DNA of 64,000 bases from Candidatus Avilachnospira avicola (GTDB lineage: Bacteria; Bacillota; Clostridia; Lachnospirales; Lachnospiraceae), in the NCBI GenBank assembly GCA_018714245.1, contig DVNQ01000044.1, forward strand, positions 1,897 to 65,896, read 5' to 3'. A program made the translations under genes and the position numbers. This document shows, piece by piece, positions 57,842-64,000 of the stretch (the stretch's first letter is position 1; the number at the start of each line of letters is the position of its first letter). The notes below the pieces were generated by a model. It had not been told where the DNA came from, did not search any database, and saw nothing but the letters and a program-made list of their open reading frames with translations.

Positions 57842-58645
57842 TCAGACCGGCAAAAGGTTGGTAAGCAGCATGGCTGTAAAGTACAGAAGCACTACCATAT
57901 ATGCCCTTACATCATTCCGTCCGTATCTGAGAGGTCTCATCTTGGTCCTGCCCTCTCCTCCGTGATAGCACCTGGCCTCCATTGCCATGGAAAGGTCCAG
58001 CGCCCTTCTGAAGGCAGAGATAAAAAGAGGTACCAGCAGAGGCACCATGGCCTTTGCCTTCTGAATCAGGCCTCCGCTCTCAAAATCAGCCCCTCTTGCC
58101 GTCTGGGCCTTCATTATCTTATCCGTTTCTTCCACCAGTATGGGAATGAACCTCAGTGCGATTGACATCATCATGGCTATCTCATGTACCGGCACTCCGA
58201 AGCGTTTCATGAATCCCATACTCTTCTCCAGTCCGTCAGTAAGGGCATTGGGAGTAGTGGTAAGCGTCATGATAGATGACCCCAGCACCAGGTATATGAG
58301 CCTGACAGCCATGAAAAGTGCCGTAAACAGCCCTTCATAGGTCACGCATATGAAGCCTATCCTGAATATCTCCCTTCCGGGAGTAAGGAACAAATTAAAT
58401 GACACTGAAAGGGCAAGCAGGAGCATGATCGCCTTAAGGCCCCTTACCATAAAGCGGAAGGGCACCCTTGATATCTTTATAACGGTAAAGAGAAACACCG
58501 TGGCGATACCATATCCCACAAGACTGTCAGTCATGAAAAGGGACAGAAGGTAAAGCATGGTCCCGGCAAGCTTGGTCCTCGGATCCAGACGATGAAGAGG
58601 CGAAGGTGCAGGATAATATTGTCCTATGGTTATGTCTCTAAGCAT
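57842..58645 (-). CDS. ecfT: Energy-coupling factor transporter transmembrane subunit EcfT
   Basis: [27 protein letters not shown]-terminus and ARG coupling motifs ([15 protein letters not shown]). The start is trimmed to the ATG at 58645, after GGGAGGAAAGG. Confidence 0.9.
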   Translation of the reverse strand: MLRDITIGQYYPAPSPLHRLDPRTKLAGTMLYLLSLFMTDSLVGYGIATVFLFTVIKISRVPFRFMVRGLKAIMLLLALSVSFNLFLTPGREIFRIGFICVTYEGLFTALFMAVRLIYLVLGSSIMTLTTTPNALTDGLEKSMGFMKRFGVPVHEIAMMMSIALRFIPILVEETDKIMKAQTARGADFESGGLIQKAKAMVPLLVPLFISAFRRALDLSMAMEARCYHGGEGRTKMRPLRYGRNDVRAYMVVLLYFTAMLLTNLLPV

Positions 58646-59525
58646 CCTTTCCTCCCCGTTCCTTTCTCGCCTTGCGTATAAGCGGCAGCAGATGCTGGAG
58701 AAGCTCCTCCCTGGTAAGTATGCCAAGCGGCAGCGGGAGTCCCGCCTTCCTCAGCTCGTATGCCAGCTCAGTCATCTGAGGCACATCAAGAGAAAGCTCC
58801 TTCAGCTCATCAACTCTTGAAAATATGTCTCTCGGAGCACCGTCCATGACTATCTTTCCGTCATCCATCACTATGATCCGGTCCGCATCAACGGCCTCTT
58901 CCATATAATGGGTTATATGTACAATGGTGATCCCTTCTCTTTTATTCAGCTCCCGGACCGTACGCATAACATCTCTCCTGCCGCTGGGATCCAGCATGGC
59001 AGTGGGCTCATCAAGCACTATGCACTCAGGCTTCATGGCCATGACTCCGGCTATGGCGACCCTCTGCTTCTGTCCTCCGGAAAGCCTGTTAGGTGACTTC
59101 AGCCTGTAAGCCTCCATGCCCACCTTGGAAAGGGCCTCATCTACTCTTCTGATGATCTCGTCGGTAGGCACGCCCAGGTTTTCCGGGCCAAAGGCCACAT
59201 CCTCCTCCACCACATTTGCAATGATCTGGTTGTCCGGGTTCTGGAAGACCATGCCGCAGGATCTGCGTATGTTAAGCAGGGATGCGTCATCCCTGGTGTC
59301 CATGCCGGATATGAGTATGGTCCCCTCCTTCGGCAGCTGAAGCCCGTTAAGCAGCTTTGCAAAGGTGGATTTTCCGGAGCCGTTATGTCCGAGCACGCAA
59401 ACGAAAGAGCCCTTTTCGATGGTTAAGCTGAGATCGGAAAGGGCTTCATTAACCTCTTCTATATTGTCATTTTCATCCTTCTGCACATACTCATAAAAAA
59501 CATGTGCAGCTTCGATCATATTCAT
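58638..59525 (-). CDS. ecfA1: Energy-coupling factor transporter ATPase (EcfA1 type)
   Basis: Walker [17 protein letters not shown], and signature [13 protein letters not shown]. Confidence 0.88.
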   Translation of the reverse strand: MNMIEAAHVFYEYVQKDENDNIEEVNEALSDLSLTIEKGSFVCVLGHNGSGKSTFAKLLNGLQLPKEGTILISGMDTRDDASLLNIRRSCGMVFQNPDNQIIANVVEEDVAFGPENLGVPTDEIIRRVDEALSKVGMEAYRLKSPNRLSGGQKQRVAIAGVMAMKPECIVLDEPTAMLDPSGRRDVMRTVRELNKREGITIVHITHYMEEAVDADRIIVMDDGKIVMDGAPRDIFSRVDELKELSLDVPQMTELAYELRKAGLPLPLGILTREELLQHLLPLIRKARKERGGKDA

Positions 59526-60589
59526 CTGTTGCAGGTTTCCTCTATAAGGGTCGTTATCTTTCCCACTGCATCGGAAAGAGGCGAGCTCTCCATATTCCTG
59601 ATGTAGCTTTCCCTGTCTCTCCAGAGCTCATTGACCGAGGATATAAAGCTGTCCTCAGTCATATCCTCCTCAAAAAGCACCTTTGAAAAGCCCTGTTTCT
59701 CAAATGATCCGGCATTAAGTATCTGATCTCCCCGGCTTGCGCTCTTCGGAAGCGGTATCAGCAGATTCGGCTTCCTCAGGGCAAGGATCTCACATATGGC
59801 ATTGGCTCCCGCCCTTGAGACCATGATGTCCGCCGCAGCAAAAAGGTCACGGAGCTTTGCTCCCACATATTCATACTGAACATAGCCGGGAGTCCCGATA
59901 AGCTCCTCTGAGACATTGCCCTTTCCGCAGATATGTATGATATCAAAATCAGGCAGCAGCCTGCCGAGCACTTTCCTTACCATGTCATTGATATGTACGG
60001 CTCCGAGGGATCCGCCTATAACGAGAAGTACAGGTTTCTGTCCGTCAAATCCTGCCTCTTTAAGCCCTTCCTCCCTTGAGCCTGAAAGGAGCTCCTTCCT
60101 TATGGGAGATCCGGTAAGTACTGCCTTGTCCTTGGGAAGATAATTAAGGGTCTCCGGAAAATTACAGCATATCTTTGTAGCCGAAGGCATGGCAAGCTTG
60201 TTTGCAAGCCCCGGAGTCATATCCGATTCATGTGAGATCACCGGGACCCTTAAGGTCCTGGCAGCCAGAGTTACCGGGACTGCCACAAAGCCTCCCTTGG
60301 AAAATACCACATCCGGCCTGAAAGCCTTCATGATCCTTCTGGACTGGAAAAAGCCTCTCATGACCCTGAAGGGATCGGTAAAATTCTTGATATCGAAGTA
60401 TCTCCTCAGCTTTCCGCTGGAGATCGGTCTGTATTCGATACCGGCTTCAGTGATGAGATCCTTCTCTATCCCATTATATGAGCCTATATACAGTATCTCA
60501 AATCCCTTTTCCCTGAGTTCCGGAATAAGTGCAAGGTTCGGGGTCACATGGCCTGCCGTGCCCCCTCCGGTCAATATTATCTTCTTCAA
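59522..60589 (-). CDS. murG: UDP-GlcNAc:lipid I N-acetylglucosamine transferase
   Basis: [17 protein letters not shown]-terminus; 355 aa. TTG start 9 nt after AAGGAG. Confidence 0.94.
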   Translation of the reverse strand: MKKIILTGGGTAGHVTPNLALIPELREKGFEILYIGSYNGIEKDLITEAGIEYRPISSGKLRRYFDIKNFTDPFRVMRGFFQSRRIMKAFRPDVVFSKGGFVAVPVTLAARTLRVPVISHESDMTPGLANKLAMPSATKICCNFPETLNYLPKDKAVLTGSPIRKELLSGSREEGLKEAGFDGQKPVLLVIGGSLGAVHINDMVRKVLGRLLPDFDIIHICGKGNVSEELIGTPGYVQYEYVGAKLRDLFAAADIMVSRAGANAICEILALRKPNLLIPLPKSASRGDQILNAGSFEKQGFSKVLFEEDMTEDSFISSVNELWRDRESYIRNMESSPLSDAVGKITTLIEETCNR

Positions 60590-60629
60590 TGCTTACGGCT
60601 CCTTAATCAAACTGAAATCCGGCAGTATA

Positions 60630-60670
60630 CAAAAAACTGCCCTATTATTTTACATACAGGGCAGTTTTTT
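60630..60670. terminator. Bidirectional rho-independent terminator
   Basis: AAAAAACTGCCCT-13 nt-AGGGCAGTTTTTTTT, 23 nt after the stop of the ABC-2 permease. Confidence 0.7.
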
Positions 60671-60692
60671 TTCAATGCCATAAATACACAAA

Positions 60693-61529
60693 TTAAAGCT
60701 GTCTTCCCTTCCTTATGGCCACAGCCGTAAACGCAGCTGAGATGGCCAGCTGTATCGTGAGGCTGATCCAGACGTATGCTCCGCTCAGAATTTCAAAATA
60801 TCTGCAGTTCAGGGAAGCATGGAGTGTCTCTGCAAATCCCCATCCGGTCTGCTCAGATATGAGTTCCAACATGGTCATGAAAGGGTTTGCCATCAGAAGG
60901 AGCGCCATCATATTGTCCCTGTTTTCCGTACAGAAAGGAGCTGAAAGCATGCCGGGCAATGCGGTTTCTGCCAGGAATATAAGGAGTATGCCGTAAGCTG
61001 CCACCGTGCTCTTCTGAACCGTCTTTCTTCCTGCTCCTGCGTACATGCCGATGGAAAGGTACATAAGTGCAGAGACAAGGAATGCAAATATGATCATGCC
61101 CACATCAAGAAGCCCAAGGCCTCCGTACAGGAGGGGAAGCATCAGGGCCGGTATGGAGGATATGACCAGTATAGTAAGGCTGTAAAAGGCTGCCTCCAGT
61201 TTTCCGATAACTATCGATTTAAGGCTTATCCTGGTGGTAAGCAGAAGCTCCAGGGTCTTTGTCTGCCTTTCCCCGGAAATGCTTCCTGAAGTCATGGCAG
61301 GGCCCACCGCAGTAAGCGCCGCAAAGGAAAGTATGGCTATGACCCCATATATCTTAAGCAGGGCCCCGTAATCTGCCTCCATGCTCTGCCTTAGCCTCGA
61401 AGTGATGGCCAGCATCCCGAATATGCCCACAAAAAACAGCAGGGAATCCACAACGCACAGAAGGCCAAGGAGATCATATCCCCGGCTCTGCACCTTTATG
61501 TCTTTTTTAAAGATGGGATTCAGCTTCAT
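60693..61529 (-). CDS. ABC-2 type transporter permease
   Basis: 278 aa with six TM helices. Overlaps the upstream ATPase gene by 4 nt. Confidence 0.78.
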   Translation of the reverse strand: MKLNPIFKKDIKVQSRGYDLLGLLCVVDSLLFFVGIFGMLAITSRLRQSMEADYGALLKIYGVIAILSFAALTAVGPAMTSGSISGERQTKTLELLLTTRISLKSIVIGKLEAAFYSLTILVISSIPALMLPLLYGGLGLLDVGMIIFAFLVSALMYLSIGMYAGAGRKTVQKSTVAAYGILLIFLAETALPGMLSAPFCTENRDNMMALLLMANPFMTMLELISEQTGWGFAETLHASLNCRYFEILSGAYVWISLTIQLAISAAFTAVAIRKGRQL

Positions 61530-62497
61530 CCTGCATCCTCTCCTGCATCATATGAATATACGGTCTTCTCTTCTCCGGGCCCCGTAAGCTGCATGAATAT
61601 GGACTCCAGGGAACCCTTCTGCCTGCTGAAGCTCCTGACTGAAAGTCCGGAAGAGACCAGCTTTTTGAGGAGCTCAGCCTCCTCCTTCCTTCCCCCGCTG
61701 AAATTGATCATGATATCATTTCCGTTTATGGTCATCGAACTGACTCCGGATTCAGCCTTGAGGAGCCTGATGGCTTTTGTAAGACCCGCATCCACACTTA
61801 TGACTATGGGATTTTCCGCGGTTATGTCCCTCATGACATCAGAAAGCCTTCCGCTGATCACAAGGCTCCCCTGGTCTATGATACCGATATCAGTACAGAG
61901 CTCAGAGATATCACTCAGTATATGGGAGCTGATTATGATGGTCTTTCCGCTTTCGGAAAGCTCTGAAACTATGTGTTTGAATTCATATCTGGTCCTGGGG
62001 TCCAGACCGGAGCTGGGCTCATCCAGTATAAGTATCTCCGGGTCATGCATCAGGGCCCTTGCCAACGAAAGCTTCTGCTTCATGCCTCTGGAAAGAGCAT
62101 CCACAAAAAAATCCGACCGGTCTGACAGTTCCACAAAATCCAGGAGCTTTTCCGCCTTCTTTCTTGCAGCCATACCCTCTATCCCATAGCATGAAGCAAA
62201 GAATTCCATGTATTCCATGACCTTCAGATCATTATATATCCCAAAGGAATCCGGGACATATCCGATCTTCTCCCTGAGTTCCATGGGACCCACAGTGGAA
62301 AGCTCCTCACCGTCTATGTACACATGTCCCGAGTCCGGAGCCAGGATCCCGCACATAATCTTCATTGCAGTTGTTTTCCCTGCACCGTTCGGCCCCACAA
62401 AGCCGAAAAGAGCTCCGTCCTCCACACATATCGAAAGATCATCCAGGGCGCAGAACCTTCCGTAAAATTTTGTGATATTCGACAGTTCCAGCATCAT
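61526..62497 (-). CDS. ABC transporter ATP-binding protein (ABC-2/DrrA-like, with C-terminal extension)
   Basis: Walker A GPNGAGKTT, signature LSRGMKQKLSLA, Walker B ILILDEPSSGLD. Confidence 0.92.
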   Translation of the reverse strand: MMLELSNITKFYGRFCALDDLSICVEDGALFGFVGPNGAGKTTAMKIMCGILAPDSGHVYIDGEELSTVGPMELREKIGYVPDSFGIYNDLKVMEYMEFFASCYGIEGMAARKKAEKLLDFVELSDRSDFFVDALSRGMKQKLSLARALMHDPEILILDEPSSGLDPRTRYEFKHIVSELSESGKTIIISSHILSDISELCTDIGIIDQGSLVISGRLSDVMRDITAENPIVISVDAGLTKAIRLLKAESGVSSMTINGNDIMINFSGGRKEEAELLKKLVSSGLSVRSFSRQKGSLESIFMQLTGPGEEKTVYSYDAGEDAG

Positions 62498-64000
62498 CCT
62501 ACTCCTGTTACCGAAGGTACCGGCAGGAACATTTCCGTTCCCTCCGCAGCATTTTCATCAGGTATGAACCTTATCATGACGGCATTTTCCGGAGAAAGAT
62601 AAGGAACTATCTCATCCCTGGAGAAGATCCTTGAACTGATATCCATGAGATCATAGGATCCGGTCACATAATTATAAAGAGATACGGCACCGCTGAAGGG
62701 CTCAAGCACCTCTCCCGAAGGAAACTCCCTTCCCCAGAACACCTCTGAAAGTTCATTGAAGCGTACCGAGCTCAGGGAAACATCCGTACCAAGATTATAT
62801 TCCAGCACTGCCGATGCAGTCCCACTCATGGTATTGGAGGCCACGTCATAGCTCCCGCTCACCACCCTGGGACTTCCGACTATGACAGAGCGGTAAATGC
62901 TTCCGTCATCCTCCAGATCCACCTGGGCAGTGGAAGCGATCAGGCTGATCCCGCTGCCTTCGATCCCGTTTTCCATAAGGAAGGCTTCTGCCATTCCTCC
63001 TCCTTCATAAAAGGCGGTAAAAACAGCCCCTCTGTCATGATATATCGGCATCTCCTCCATATAGTAGGAAAGGAGTTCCGTGCATTTGAGGACCCCGCTA
63101 TAATCAGGATCATCCTGGCTGAGGTCATGAAGCTCCGTCAGATAGGCAGAGGTTATCCTTGCCGATCCGGTAGGCCCATAGACCATCTCCAGCTCGGAAA
63201 GGTCCCTGGTCTCTCCTGCAGCGATATCGCCTATCCTTATGATCCTGCCGAAAAACATGATGCCCGCATCCCTGAGATCCTGCTCCGTATTGTTGGTAAT
63301 CCTTCCTCTCAAGGCATCATTGAAATAACCTATCTCTATGTCAAGGGGAGAGCCCTCACCAGACTCCGAGGTCCTGTCGGTCTCAAAATAAGCCTCTGAA
63401 AATGCTCTTTCCGAAGAGATATGGATGCTTTCCTTTTCCGGCGAAGTCTGTGCATCTTCCTTCGTATCCCTTGCAGATAATGTCTGTTCCTCACTGTCAA
63501 AGCCGGATTCCAGCTCCATGCTTATCCCGCCGTTAAGGCTTTCGTACTCCTCCGTATCCTTAAAGGATGGAAGGAGCGGAAGCAGAAGCCCGTCCCTGTC
63601 GTAGTTCAGACTGATGTCTCCCTTTTGCGGAGATGATATCTTCATGAATCCGGTCTCTCTTACCGAATCCCCATCCAGATAAAATATGGAGGCGTAGTCT
63701 CCGAAGGTGGAAGTGAACCTGGTTCCGATGCTCATCGTCCAGAGTATCAGAACTGCCAGGAAGGAACTTAAAAGGACTCCCAACGGGTAATAAAGAGAAA
63801 GGCCTCTTTTTTTAAGGCTGAAATAAAGCAACGGTCCGCATATGGCCATATAGATAAGAGCAAATGCTGCATAGACGGTAATGTTCGGAAATCTGTTTCC
63901 ATCGGCTATGTCCACGATCCTCCTGATTTTCTGGAGTCTTGAGCTGCTTCCAAGAAGGGCTGCCTCAAGGCTTCTGATCCTTGTATCTCCTATCAGCGAC
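62494..64000 (-). CDS. Hypothetical membrane-anchored protein, probably 5'-truncated by window edge
   Basis: The frame stays open from the track GTG (63915) to position 64000 with no stop. At least two TM helices are followed by a ~400-aa non-membrane domain. Overlaps the ABC ATPase start by 4 nt. No recognisable motif. Confidence 0.6.
   Translation of the reverse strand, partial: SLIGDTRIRSLEAALLGSSSRLQKIRRIVDIADGNRFPNITVYAAFALIYMAICGPLLYFSLKKRGLSLYYPLGVLLSSFLAVLILWTMSIGTRFTSTFGDYASIFYLDGDSVRETGFMKISSPQKGDISLNYDRDGLLLPLLPSFKDTEEYESLNGGISMELESGFDSEEQTLSARDTKEDAQTSPEKESIHISSERAFSEAYFETDRTSESGEGSPLDIEIGYFNDALRGRITNNTEQDLRDAGIMFFGRIIRIGDIAAGETRDLSELEMVYGPTGSARITSAYLTELHDLSQDDPDYSGVLKCTELLSYYMEEMPIYHDRGAVFTAFYEGGGMAEAFLMENGIEGSGISLIASTAQVDLEDDGSIYRSVIVGSPRVVSGSYDVASNTMSGTASAVLEYNLGTDVSLSSVRFNELSEVFWGREFPSGEVLEPFSGAVSLYNYVTGSYDLMDISSRIFSRDEIVPYLSPENAVMIRFIPDENAAEGTEMFLPVPSVTGVG

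Noticed and set aside
1-64000. CRISPR arrays, restriction-modification, toxin-antitoxin, retron, Abi or other defence modules, prophage or IS elements
   Set aside because: Reading both strands I found no regularly spaced direct repeats. I also found no nuclease/helicase/methylase/reverse-transcriptase-like ORFs and no transposase or integrase. All large ORFs are accounted for by housekeeping, envelope or transport functions.

Overview
This 64-kb chromosomal segment looks like a Clostridia genome, probably Lachnospiraceae-like. That placement is inferred from gene content, gene order and roughly 50% G+C, not from any search. I call 62 protein genes and one tRNA-Arg(ACG). 57 of the 62 CDS are on the minus strand, mostly in tight and often overlapping trains. 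Contents by increasing coordinate (minus-strand operons are therefore transcribed right to left): (1) an APH-like kinase cut by the window edge, and adhE; (2) a compact dcw cell-division cluster (mraZ-rsmH-ftsL-PBP-mraY-murD-ftsW-ftsQ-ftsZ) without murE/murF/murG/ftsA; (3) a CxxC mini-protein plus membrane polyferredoxin pair; (4) tRNA-Arg, lgt, ychF; (5) an amino-acid ABC binding-protein/permease plus M20 amidohydrolase operon; (6) recJ, a threonine-aldolase-like gene, a cold-shock gene; (7) a long envelope-related train (CNNM/hemolysin, GNAT, VanZ, three unknowns, HhH-GPD glycosylase, DD-carboxypeptidase, GtrA, YfhO, folD); (8) an 11-kb glycopolymer locus (nucleotidyltransferase::GmhB fusion, DUF2304, four GT2, two Wzx-like flippases, ATP-grasp ligase, ACC-deaminase-fold PLP enzyme, L,D-transpeptidase with wall-binding repeats); (9) prfA-prmC-DUF1385-rpmE and rpsI-rplM; (10) a LysR/GntP/amidohydrolase/HAD islet that splits the conserved truA-rplM junction; (11) truA, ecfA1-ecfT-ecfA2, murG; (12) an ABC-2 exporter with a large unknown membrane protein cut by the window edge. 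I saw no CRISPR array, transposase, integrase, phage gene, toxin-antitoxin pair or recognisable defence system. The best candidates for undescribed biology are the ATP-grasp/PLP pair inside the glycan locus, the three co-translated unknown proteins at 31.9-33.8 kb, the ABC-2-associated unknown protein, and a ~400-nt non-coding stretch beside tRNA-Arg with tandem terminator-promoter modules. All functional calls come from my own reading of motifs in the supplied translations and the DNA. None was verified by a database search.
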